Origin: an uncultured Flavobacteriaceae bacterium | Lineage (GTDB): Bacteria > Bacteroidota > Bacteroidia > Flavobacteriales > Flavobacteriaceae | Assembly: GCA_943788095.1 (NCBI GenBank) | Contig: CALSOZ010000005.1 | Location: 1,851 to 65,850 of the forward strand | Direction: 5' to 3' | DNA: 64,000 nucleotides | Position numbers and translations under genes: made by a program | Notes under the pieces: generated by a model | Database searches by the model: none | Told to the model about the DNA's origin: nothing | What the model saw: the letters and a program-made list of their open reading frames with translations, nothing else | Part shown: piece after piece, positions 1-8,362 of the stretch | How the letters are laid out: the number at the start of each line of letters is the position of its first letter | Numbering within the stretch: the stretch's first letter is position 1

Positions 1-105
1 CTTTTCATCAAAAACATCCAATCGATGGGTCGTTAAATTTAACCAGTCGGTTGGTCGATTTTTTAAGACGTCTTTAATATAACTCAGTAGTTTACTGCCT
101 TCCAT
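1..105 (-). CDS. 5' part of a gene running off the window edge (MEGSKLLSYIKDVLKNRPTDWLNLTTHRLDVFDEK...), possibly a Cys/Met-metabolism PLP-dependent enzyme
   Basis: Open frame from ATG at 105 to the edge; the DWLNLTTHRLD stretch resembles flavobacterial PLP-dependent transferase N-termini (from memory). Confidence 0.55.
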   Translation of the reverse strand, partial: MEGSKLLSYIKDVLKNRPTDWLNLTTHRLDVFDEK

Positions 106-209
106 AAGTTCCCTTTTAAATAGATCGGAAAGATACATTAATCCGATTTATTTTATAAAGGGTTGAACGATATTTTTGTAAGGTTCTGTCTAGTGTTTTT
201 GGATATCAT

Positions 210-244
210 AAAAAAAAAGCGCAGGAGGATAAGTCTGGCGCTTT
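210..244 (-). terminator. Probable intrinsic terminator of the GNAT gene
   Basis: AAAGCGC...GCGCTTT stem followed by a T-run on the minus strand. Confidence 0.6.
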
Positions 245-264
245 ATTCGTTTATTTAGGTTTTA

Positions 265-726
265 TCAATTAGAATCCCATTCGTAAAAGTTACAATCTGT
301 ATTTAATTTAAACCCTGTTTTTGGGTATAACTTATTTCCAATGACGTTTGACTTTTCAGTTTCTAAATACATGCCGCATGCATCGGTAGATCTTACTAAC
401 TCTTTGGCTTTATTTATTAACTTTATAGCAATCCCTTCAGAACGGTGGTCAGGATCTACAAATAAATCATTTAGAAGCCAAAATTTTCGCATTCTTGTAG
501 AAGAGAATAAAGGGTATAGTTGCACAAAACCAATGATTTTATTTTCAGGATTTTCTGCTATATAAATTTCAGAATCGTTTTTCGAAACCCGTTCTGTTAA
601 GAATTTTTTTGCGCCTTTTAGATCTGTTTTTTTACCATAAAAAAGTCGGTATTGATCAAATAATTTTGTCACTTTATCTAAATCTCTATTTTCTGCTTTT
701 CTGTAATTCATTGGCGTTGTTCTCAA
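265..726 (-). CDS. GNAT family N-acetyltransferase
   Basis: GFVQLYPLFSS, LNDLFVDPDHRSEGIA acetyl-CoA motif A, LYPKTGF. Confidence 0.9.
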   Translation of the reverse strand: MRTTPMNYRKAENRDLDKVTKLFDQYRLFYGKKTDLKGAKKFLTERVSKNDSEIYIAENPENKIIGFVQLYPLFSSTRMRKFWLLNDLFVDPDHRSEGIAIKLINKAKELVRSTDACGMYLETEKSNVIGNKLYPKTGFKLNTDCNFYEWDSN

Positions 727-805
727 TTTTAAAGCCTATACTTTTAATTAGAACTAAATGTATTAAAAAAGAAGAAACATTTACATATATATCCTGATTT
801 AATAC

Positions 806-1948
806 TTAATTTTTAAGAATCGCCCTCGAAATCACCACCTTTTGAATCTCAGAAGTGCCTTCATAAATCTGTGTAATTTTTGCATCCCGCATCAATCGCT
901 CTACATGATAGTCCTTTACAAACCCATTACCACCATGAATTTGAACCGCCTCCACGGTATGTTCCATCGCAATTTTTGAAGCAAATAATTTGGCCATCGC
1001 ACTCGAAGTATCATAGGACATACCTTGGTCTTTATCCCAAGCTGCTTTCATTACCATATGGCGTGCCGCTTCAATATCAGTCGCCATATCGGCCAATTTA
1101 AACGCAATGGCCTGATGGTTGCAAATCTCAGTCCCAAACGCTTTGCGTTGTTGAGAATAGGCCAACGCCAATTCATAAGCACCAGACGCAATTCCGAGTG
1201 CCTGCGCTGCAATCCCAATTCGCCCTCCCGACAGGGTTTTCATGGCAAATTTAAACCCAAAACCATCGGCACCTATTCGATTTTCTTTAGGAACTTTTAC
1301 ATCATTAAACTGCAAGGTATGCGTATCGCTGCCCCGAATTCCAAGTTTATCTTCTTTAGGACCAATTTCAAAACCGGGCATCCCTTTTTCAACGATAAAC
1401 GCATTAATGCCTTTAGAACCTTTACTGCGATCGGTTTGTGCAATTACAAGATACACATCCGAACGCCCGCCACTAGTAATCCAGTTTTTGGTCCCATTAA
1501 TCACATAATGATCCCCATGATCAATCGCGGTGGTTTGTTGGGATGTGGCATCACTACCGGCTTCGGGTTCACTCAAACAAAAAGCACCGACATACTCGCC
1601 AGTCGCTAATTTGGTGAGGTATTTTTCTTTCTGTATTTCTGAACCATAGGTTTCAAGTCCGAAACAGACCAATGAGTTATTAACCGATACAATCACCGAG
1701 GCAGAGGCATCCACTTTAGAGAGTTCTTCCATGATTAATACATACGAAATGGTGTCCATCCCGCTACCTCCATATTTTGGGTCCACCATGATGCCCATAA
1801 ACCCCAATGCTCCCATTTTTTTCACTAAATTGTCAGGGAATTCTTGAAGTGTATCTCGTTGGATCACGCCAGGACGTAATTCGGTTTGTGCAAAATCACG
1901 CGCCGCCTTTCGGACCATAAGGTGTTCTTCAGATAAAGAAAAATTCAT
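806..1948 (-). CDS. Acyl-CoA dehydrogenase (short-chain/butyryl-CoA type)
   Basis: FCLSEPEAGSDA, NGTKNWIT, QIHGGNG, IYEGTSEIQ; start moved to MNFSLSEE at 1948. Confidence 0.95.
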   Translation of the reverse strand: MNFSLSEEHLMVRKAARDFAQTELRPGVIQRDTLQEFPDNLVKKMGALGFMGIMVDPKYGGSGMDTISYVLIMEELSKVDASASVIVSVNNSLVCFGLETYGSEIQKEKYLTKLATGEYVGAFCLSEPEAGSDATSQQTTAIDHGDHYVINGTKNWITSGGRSDVYLVIAQTDRSKGSKGINAFIVEKGMPGFEIGPKEDKLGIRGSDTHTLQFNDVKVPKENRIGADGFGFKFAMKTLSGGRIGIAAQALGIASGAYELALAYSQQRKAFGTEICNHQAIAFKLADMATDIEAARHMVMKAAWDKDQGMSYDTSSAMAKLFASKIAMEHTVEAVQIHGGNGFVKDYHVERLMRDAKITQIYEGTSEIQKVVISRAILKN

Positions 1949-2020
1949 AAGGATTGTTTTAGTTCTTTCAAATATATAAAAACTTACTATGCGTGCATAG
2001 TAAATAGGTGAAAATATACT

Positions 2021-3109
2021 ATGAGTAATACAAAATTTAACAATCAAATATCATTTTATGTCATCGGAGTCATGTCTGGAACTTCGCTAGACGGCATCGA
2101 TTTATGTTATGCACACTTTGCGTTTGAGGGCTCTTGGAGGTTTCAAATTATAAGCTCTAAAACAGTTGACTATTCCAAATACTGGCAAGACCGTCTTCGA
2201 ACTGCGATCGATTTAAATCCACTAGATTTACAAAATTTAAACACAGACTACACGCATCTTTTATCGAAAGAAATCGCTGCTTTTATCCATACAAATCAAG
2301 TCGGTAAAGTAGATGCGGTTTGCAGTCATGGACACACCGTTTTTCATCAACCCGACAAAGGAATAACCCTCCAAATCGGTAATTTACCAGTTTTAGCAAC
2401 CTCTTTAAATCAAACTGTAGTTTGTGATTTCCGCACTCAAGATGTCGCTCTCGGCGGCCAAGGCGCGCCTTTAGTTCCTATTGGCGATGCACTGTTGTTT
2501 TCTGACTATGATTTTTGTCTCAATCTAGGAGGTTTCGCTAATATTTCTTTTGAGCAGCATGCCAATCGAATTGCTTTTGATATCTGCCCCGTCAATATCA
2601 TTCTAAATCACTATGTAAAATCTTTGGGAATCCCATACGATGATGGCGGCAAAATCGCGTCTAGTGGAGCGTTATGTCTGCCCTTATTAGAAGCTTTAAA
2701 TCAATTAGAATTTTACAAGCTACAACCTCCAAAATCATTGGGGCTAGAGTGGGTGAACAACGAGATTTTTCCAATGATAGAAAGTTATAATCTAGAAGTG
2801 CCAACGGTTCTAAGAACCGTTGTAGAACACAGTGCTCTACAAATTTCAAAGGTTGTAAATTCTTATCATTTAAAAAACGGATTAATCACTGGGGGTGGCG
2901 TGTTTAATTCATTTTTAATGCAGCGTTTTTCAGAACTATCTGGATTGGATTTCCCACAAGCAGACCCCTCTATTATTGACTATAAAGAGGCTCTGGTATT
3001 TGGGTTTTTAGGGGTGCTCAGATTAAAAAATCAACCCAATTGTTTACAATCGGTGACCGGCGCTTCAAACGATCATAGTAGCGGATATATTTATTTCCCC
3101 GAAAAATAA
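2021..3109 (+). CDS. anmK: Anhydro-N-acetylmuramic acid kinase
   Basis: GVMSGTSLDGID, SHGHTVFH, DFRTQDVALGGQGAPLVP, KEALVFG. Confidence 0.93.
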   Translation: MSNTKFNNQISFYVIGVMSGTSLDGIDLCYAHFAFEGSWRFQIISSKTVDYSKYWQDRLRTAIDLNPLDLQNLNTDYTHLLSKEIAAFIHTNQVGKVDAVCSHGHTVFHQPDKGITLQIGNLPVLATSLNQTVVCDFRTQDVALGGQGAPLVPIGDALLFSDYDFCLNLGGFANISFEQHANRIAFDICPVNIILNHYVKSLGIPYDDGGKIASSGALCLPLLEALNQLEFYKLQPPKSLGLEWVNNEIFPMIESYNLEVPTVLRTVVEHSALQISKVVNSYHLKNGLITGGGVFNSFLMQRFSELSGLDFPQADPSIIDYKEALVFGFLGVLRLKNQPNCLQSVTGASNDHSSGYIYFPEK

Positions 3110-3141
3110 CATTAATTTTATAGATTACTTGTTTAGTTTTT

Positions 3142-3149
3142 TATATTTG
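3142..3149 (+). promoter_or_regulatory. Bacteroidota -7 promoter element TATATTTG upstream of nhaD
   Basis: Exact TAnnTTTG match 46 nt before the start codon. Confidence 0.65.
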
Positions 3150-3195
3150 TTGGTATCAATTTAGCGTTCAAAACAAATCCTCAAAAACAGAACTT

Positions 3196-4587
3196 ATGGA
3201 AGCCGTAATTATTATTGTCTTTATCGCAGGTTACTTAGCGATTACACTTGAACACAGTCTGAAAATTGATAAATTAATCCCCGCTTTGGTGATGATGGCC
3301 ATCAGTTGGGCGCTCATTTCTTTTGGGATTGACGACTTCACCACTTGGTTTGATTCAAGTAAACATGCCCTTCTAAGCAATTTTGAATTGTTGGGTCATA
3401 CCGAAAAAATGCACATTCTCGAAGAAACCTTATTACACCATTTAGGGAAAACCGCTGAAATCCTTGTGTTTTTATTAGGAGCAATGACCATCGTTGAGAT
3501 TATTGCGTATTTTAATGGATTTTCGACGATAAAGAATTTTATTAAAACCAAAAAGAAAACCAAACTACTCTGGATTTTTACCGTCCTAGCCTTTGTGTTA
3601 TCAGCGATTATTGACAACTTAACCGCCACGATCGTTTTAATTTCTTTGCTTCAAAAAATAATTAATGACCGTAAAATGCGTCTTTGGTTTGCAGGACTTA
3701 TTGTCATTGCTGCCAATGCGGGAGGGGCGTTTTCGCCAATAGGCGACGTAACCACCACTATGTTATGGATCGCAAATAAAGTGTCCACAGGGCATTTATT
3801 CGCATACTTATTATTGCCTTCTATCGTGTGTATGGTGATCCCAACTTTTATTGCCTCTCAATTATCTGTATTTAAAGGGTCTTTAGAACTGGAGACGAGT
3901 GAGTCAAAACCTGCAGGTCGTTTTAGTGGAACCATGCTTTATTTAGGATTATCAGCAATTATTTTTGTGCCTATTTTTAAAATGGTCACTCACTTACCGC
4001 CTTATGTAGGGATGATGCTTTCTCTGGGAGTAGTCGCTATTTTTGCAGAAATCTATAGTTCCTCAAAATTCAGTTTGAAAGAATTAGACAAAGAAAACTC
4101 AGAAGGAATCGTACATCACAGTCCTGTCCATCACTCCTTATCAAAAATAGAATTGCCTAGCATCTTATTTTTCTTAGGAATTTTAATGGCAGTGGCAGCA
4201 TTGGAATCTTTAGGCGTTTTATTTGGTTTTGCCGATTGGCTTAAAGTCGCCACACCAGCTCTAGGAACCGAAATGGCGGGCTCAGAAGTCTCTGATTTAG
4301 TCGTCTTGTTATTGGGAGTAGGCTCGGCAGTGATTGATAATGTCCCGCTCGTAGCAGCTTCTTTGGGTATGTTTTCCGAACCCTTAGATCACGAACTTTG
4401 GCATTTTATTGCCTACTCGGCCGGAACGGGCGGAAGTATGCTGATCATTGGATCGGCTGCCGGCGTGGTTGCAATGGGCATGGAAAAAATCAACTTTTTC
4501 TGGTACCTGAAAAAAATCTCTTGGTTGGCCCTTGTTGGATTTTTAGCAGGAGCAATTGTCTTTTTCTTTACAAGAACCCTGATCTAA
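3196..4587 (+). CDS. nhaD: NhaD family Na+/H+ antiporter
   Basis: Multi-TM; SAIIDNLTAT, NAGGAFSPIGDVTT, SAVIDNVPLVAA, GGSMLIIGSAAGV. Confidence 0.9.
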   Translation: MEAVIIIVFIAGYLAITLEHSLKIDKLIPALVMMAISWALISFGIDDFTTWFDSSKHALLSNFELLGHTEKMHILEETLLHHLGKTAEILVFLLGAMTIVEIIAYFNGFSTIKNFIKTKKKTKLLWIFTVLAFVLSAIIDNLTATIVLISLLQKIINDRKMRLWFAGLIVIAANAGGAFSPIGDVTTTMLWIANKVSTGHLFAYLLLPSIVCMVIPTFIASQLSVFKGSLELETSESKPAGRFSGTMLYLGLSAIIFVPIFKMVTHLPPYVGMMLSLGVVAIFAEIYSSSKFSLKELDKENSEGIVHHSPVHHSLSKIELPSILFFLGILMAVAALESLGVLFGFADWLKVATPALGTEMAGSEVSDLVVLLLGVGSAVIDNVPLVAASLGMFSEPLDHELWHFIAYSAGTGGSMLIIGSAAGVVAMGMEKINFFWYLKKISWLALVGFLAGAIVFFFTRTLI

Positions 4588-4643
4588 ATATAATTTTTCC
4601 TTAATAGTAGCGTTTATAATTTCGAAGTTATACTTAAACACAT

Positions 4644-5336
4644 ATGATCAATACCAGTATTCAAGATGAAGTCGCCATCCAAATAGATGCAGAATCTGTC
4701 GAAAAAACATTATCCATCGTCGAATTGATTAAAAGTGGAGGCCTCGCAGGGCAACTCATTATAGCCCTGTTAACAGTACTCCTTGTAGTCGCACTCTATA
4801 TTTATTTTGAACGCTTGTTCACTATAAAAGCGGCGTCTAAAGTGGATCCAAATTTCATGAATCAAATCAAAGACCATGTGGTCAATGGAAAAATTGATGC
4901 CGCCAAAGCAGTTTGTGCACAAGTCAATTCGCCCGTATCACGATTGATTGATAAAGGAATTTCTAGAATCGGACGCCCATTGGCCGATATCAATTCAGCC
5001 ATTGAAAATGCTGGAAAATTAGAAGTGTATAGCTTAGAAAAAAACGTCAGCATCCTCGCAACCATTTCTGGAGCTGCCCCCATGATTGGGTTTTTAGGAA
5101 CGGTGATTGGAATGATTTTATCCATTTTTGAAATTGCTAATTCTGGCGGTCAAATTGATATTAAACTTTTGGCCGATGGACTGTACACGGCCATGACCAC
5201 TACGGTTGCCGGTTTAGTCGTTGGGATTGTCGCTTACATTGCGTTTAACCATATCGTCGGACGCACCAATAAAGTGGTCTACCAAATGGAAGCCAATTCG
5301 GTGGAGTTTTTAGATCTACTTAACGAACCTATTTAA
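4644..5336 (+). CDS. MotA/TolQ/ExbB proton channel protein
   Basis: APMIGFLGTVIGM, AMTTTVAGLVVGI. Confidence 0.92.
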   Translation: MINTSIQDEVAIQIDAESVEKTLSIVELIKSGGLAGQLIIALLTVLLVVALYIYFERLFTIKAASKVDPNFMNQIKDHVVNGKIDAAKAVCAQVNSPVSRLIDKGISRIGRPLADINSAIENAGKLEVYSLEKNVSILATISGAAPMIGFLGTVIGMILSIFEIANSGGQIDIKLLADGLYTAMTTTVAGLVVGIVAYIAFNHIVGRTNKVVYQMEANSVEFLDLLNEPI

Positions 5337-5337
5337 G

Positions 5338-5730
5338 ATGAATATTAGAGGTCGTAATAAAATATCTCCCGAATTTAATATGTCATCCATGACGGATATT
5401 GTATTTCTATTGTTGATTTTTTTCATGATTGCATCGACTTTAGTCACTACCAATGCGATTGATATTTTACTCCCAACAGCCAGTGGGAAAACAGAAAATA
5501 AAAAGTCGATTGCCGTCAGTATCAAAAAAGACCTGTCCTTTTATATCGATCAATCGAAAGTGGAGGTTCAAAATTTAGAAGCCGAATTACTTCAATTACT
5601 CCAAAAAGAAACCGCTCCAACCCTTGTATTGAGAGCCGAAAAATCTGTTCCTGTGGACTATGTCGTTAAAGTGATGGACATTGCCAATCGAAATAAATTT
5701 AAAATCATACTTGCCGTAAATCCGAATTAA
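5338..5730 (+). CDS. ExbD/TolR biopolymer transporter
   Basis: NMSSMTDIVFLLLIFFM, LRAEK. Confidence 0.92.
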   Translation: MNIRGRNKISPEFNMSSMTDIVFLLLIFFMIASTLVTTNAIDILLPTASGKTENKKSIAVSIKKDLSFYIDQSKVEVQNLEAELLQLLQKETAPTLVLRAEKSVPVDYVVKVMDIANRNKFKIILAVNPN

Positions 5731-5731
5731 G

Positions 5732-6634
5732 ATGGGCTATTTTAAAACCAAACATCAAAAACATTCCGCACGATTGACCACCGTGATCATGCTGTTGTTA
5801 CTTTTATTGCTGTTTGTGGTCGGTCCTGGATACATGGATCCACCCTTAGAATATGGTGTTGCCGTTAATTTTGGAACTTCCGATACGGGCAGCGGGGCTG
5901 TGCAACCTAAAAAACCCATTGCAGCAGCAGCTACGCCCGTTACTGAACCCGAGATCGTCGAACCTGTGAAAGCGGCACCACCTGTACAGTCCAGTGAGCC
6001 TACGGCTTCAGAAGAGGTGCTCACCGCCAAAGATTTAGAATCCATTGCCATTAAAAAAGCAGAAGCCGCAACGGCTAAGCTGAAAGCAGACGCTGATGCC
6101 AAAGCAAAAAATGAAGCAGACGCGATAGCCAAAGCCAAAGCCAAAGCCAAAGCCAAAGCAGAAGAAGAGCGTCTCAAAAAAGAAGCCGATATTAAAGCGA
6201 AAAAGAAACAACAATTAGATGCGCTCATGGGAGGTATTGGAGCAGATGACGGAACCGACACAGGGTCTGAAGGCGATGATGAAACTCCAGGCGATAAAGG
6301 CCAATTGAATGGCGATCCTTATGCACCCAGTTATTTTGGATCTCCAGGCAGCGGAAATGGAGGCGTTGGCTATGGACTGAACGGTCGTGGCCGTCCGTCC
6401 AAATCGAAAGTGATTCCTGACTGTGATGAAGAAGGCACTGTAGTGGTTGAAATTCATGTGAATCAAAATGGGAATGTGGTCAAAGCCATCCCCGGAAAAC
6501 GGGGTACGACGGGCGATATCTGTTTGTATGAGGCCGCTAAAAAAACAGCCCTCACCCACAAATGGCCTGCAGATTCTAAAGCACCTGCCAAACAAATTGG
6601 TTTTGTGATTGTTGATTTTAGCGTCCGCCAATAA
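5732..6634 (+). CDS. TonB/TolA-like energy transducer
   Basis: N-terminal TM, Pro- then Ala/Lys/Glu-rich linker, C-terminal TonB-like domain (GTVVVEIHVNQNGNVVKA); follows exbB-exbD. Confidence 0.82.
   Translation: MGYFKTKHQKHSARLTTVIMLLLLLLLFVVGPGYMDPPLEYGVAVNFGTSDTGSGAVQPKKPIAAAATPVTEPEIVEPVKAAPPVQSSEPTASEEVLTAKDLESIAIKKAEAATAKLKADADAKAKNEADAIAKAKAKAKAKAEEERLKKEADIKAKKKQQLDALMGGIGADDGTDTGSEGDDETPGDKGQLNGDPYAPSYFGSPGSGNGGVGYGLNGRGRPSKSKVIPDCDEEGTVVVEIHVNQNGNVVKAIPGKRGTTGDICLYEAAKKTALTHKWPADSKAPAKQIGFVIVDFSVRQ
6128..6157 (+). repeat. In-frame hexamer tandem repeat (GCCAAA)x5 encoding AKAKAKAKAK
   Basis: Read directly. Confidence 0.9.
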
Positions 6635-7852
6635 ATGAATTATTTTGAAACCACCCAATGGCTCTTTTCTCAATTGCCCCTCTATCAAAATGTGGGGAAA
6701 TCGGCCTATAAAGCCGATTTAAGTCAAACCCTAAAACTGGCTAAACAGCTCAACCATCCAGAACATCAATTCAAATCCATTCATGTCGGCGGTACCAACG
6801 GTAAAGGTTCCACGGCACACATGCTCGCATCGGTGTTGCAAGAAGCAGGTTATAAGGTGGGTTTATATACATCACCACATTTAAAAGACTACCGCGAACG
6901 GATTCGTATCAATGGCGCCATGATCAGCGAAGATTTTGTGGTGGATTTTGTGGCGCATAACAAATTGTTTTTTGAAAGCAATGCCTTATCATTTTTTGAG
7001 ATGTCGGTGGGGATGGCATTTGCCTATTTTGCAGATGAACAAGTCGATATTGCCGTGGTTGAGGTCGGACTTGGCGGCCGCTTGGATTCTACAAACATTC
7101 TAAATCCGGAAGTGTCGGTGATTACCAATATTGGGTTGGATCATACTCAGTTTTTAGGCACGACTCTAGAAGCCATCGCAGGGGAGAAGGCAGGGATTAT
7201 AAAACCAAATACGCCCATCGTGATTGGTGAAACACAGTCAGAAACAGAAGGCGTTTTTAGAACTAAAGCCACTAAAGAACAAGCACCGATTTATTTTGCT
7301 GATCAACTTATAGAAACTACACTTTCCACAAGTTTAAAAGGTGCTTATCAAATTCATAATGTACGGACGGTACTTCAGACTGTTAAAATCTTAAATTTGG
7401 GTGCGTTTACAATCCCTACAGAAGCAGTGCAACAAGGGCTTTTAAAAGTGACTGAAAATACCGGACTTCGTGGCCGTTGGGAGGTTTTGGGGAGTTCGCC
7501 AACAATCATTTGCGATACGGCACACAATAGGGAAGGACTGCGTTTGGTGTTCAAACAGCTCTTAACTGAGAAATTTCAACGCTTGCATGTGGTGGTGGGC
7601 ATGGTGAATGATAAAGATGTCTTGTCTCTTTTAGAACTGTTTCCAAAGCAGGCGCAGTATTATTTTTGCAGCCCCAATGTTCCTAGAGGGTTAGAGGCGT
7701 CTCAACTTGCACAAATTTTCACTGAACATGGTTTTGAAGGAAGTCTTCACACCTCTGTTAAAGACGCTTTAAAAGCTGCCAAACAAAGCGCGTCCCACGA
7801 CGATTTGATCTATGTTGGCGGCAGTACATTTGTGGTGGCGGAAATAATTTAA
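6635..7852 (+). CDS. folC: Folylpolyglutamate synthase/dihydrofolate synthase
   Basis: HVGGTNGKGS, YTSPHL, EVGLGGRLDSTN, DTAHN. Confidence 0.95.
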   Translation: MNYFETTQWLFSQLPLYQNVGKSAYKADLSQTLKLAKQLNHPEHQFKSIHVGGTNGKGSTAHMLASVLQEAGYKVGLYTSPHLKDYRERIRINGAMISEDFVVDFVAHNKLFFESNALSFFEMSVGMAFAYFADEQVDIAVVEVGLGGRLDSTNILNPEVSVITNIGLDHTQFLGTTLEAIAGEKAGIIKPNTPIVIGETQSETEGVFRTKATKEQAPIYFADQLIETTLSTSLKGAYQIHNVRTVLQTVKILNLGAFTIPTEAVQQGLLKVTENTGLRGRWEVLGSSPTIICDTAHNREGLRLVFKQLLTEKFQRLHVVVGMVNDKDVLSLLELFPKQAQYYFCSPNVPRGLEASQLAQIFTEHGFEGSLHTSVKDALKAAKQSASHDDLIYVGGSTFVVAEII

Positions 7853-7891
7853 CTTTTTATAAAAAACCTTTTGTGAATTGAAAAACTAGAC

Positions 7892-7899
7892 TATATTTG
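7892..7899 (+). promoter_or_regulatory. -7 promoter element TATATTTG for tRNA-Val
   Basis: Exact TAnnTTTG 14 nt upstream of the tRNA. Confidence 0.75.
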
Positions 7900-7913
7900 C
7901 AGTCCTATAAATA

Positions 7914-7988
7914 GGGCGCGTAGCTCAGTTGGTTCAGAGCACCTGGTTTACACCCAGGGGGTCAGGGGTTCGAATCCCTTCGCGCCCA
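7914..7988 (+). tRNA. tRNA-Val (TAC)
   Basis: GGGCGCG/CGCGCCC acceptor stem, D-arm TAGCTCAGTTGG, anticodon arm CCTGG-TTTACAC-CCAGG, GGTTCGAATCC T-arm; CCA not encoded. Confidence 0.96.
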
Positions 7989-7998
7989 CATCACTCAC

Positions 7999-8028
7999 AA
8001 TCCTGATGATTTTTCATCAGGATTTTTT
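7999..8028 (+). terminator. Terminator after tRNA-Val
   Basis: AATCCTGATGA...TCATCAGGATT stem plus T-run. Confidence 0.8.
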
Positions 8029-8126
8029 GTTTGAAGAAAATCGAAATCATTTCGTGTTTTCAATAAACAAAAAAGACTGTAAAGGTTCAGGATTGTATGT
8101 GCAGGAGTGGACATCACGGGAACTCT

Positions 8127-8144
8127 AATCCCTTCGCGCCCACA
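8127..8144 (+). repeat. 18-bp direct repeat of the tRNA-Val 3' end (copy of 7973-7990), att-like scar
   Basis: AATCCCTTCGCGCCCACA is identical at both positions. Confidence 0.88.
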
Positions 8145-8148
8145 GAAC

Positions 8149-8179
8149 AAAAAAATCCACTCATTTGAGTGGATTTTTT
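8149..8179. repeat. 31-bp hairpin/bidirectional terminator, copy 1 (identical to 10674-10704)
   Basis: A7-TCCACTCATTTGAGTGGA-T6. Confidence 0.88.
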
Positions 8180-8259
8180 TTGTTAATTCATGAACTATTC
8201 ATAACTAAAAACTTACCATATAAATGAGAAATTATTTTAAATTGATAGTTTCCTAAAAC

Positions 8260-8292
8260 AAAAAAACTGCCTTTTCGGGCAGTCTCTTTTTT
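8260..8292 (-). terminator. Terminator of the 10512-8363 gene pair
   Basis: Minus strand reads ACTGCC-CGAAAA-GGCAGT then T7. Confidence 0.7.
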
Positions 8293-8362
8293 ATTTTTAT
8301 TGTCTTTAATTTTTCATTCAGCGTTTACACAAGAATATAAATTAAATAGGACGATTCATATA

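Noticed and set aside
106-210. Possible SAM riboswitch upstream of the putative Cys/Met enzyme
   Set aside because: No recognisable aptamer motifs; a -7-like element sits close to the start codon, leaving little leader.
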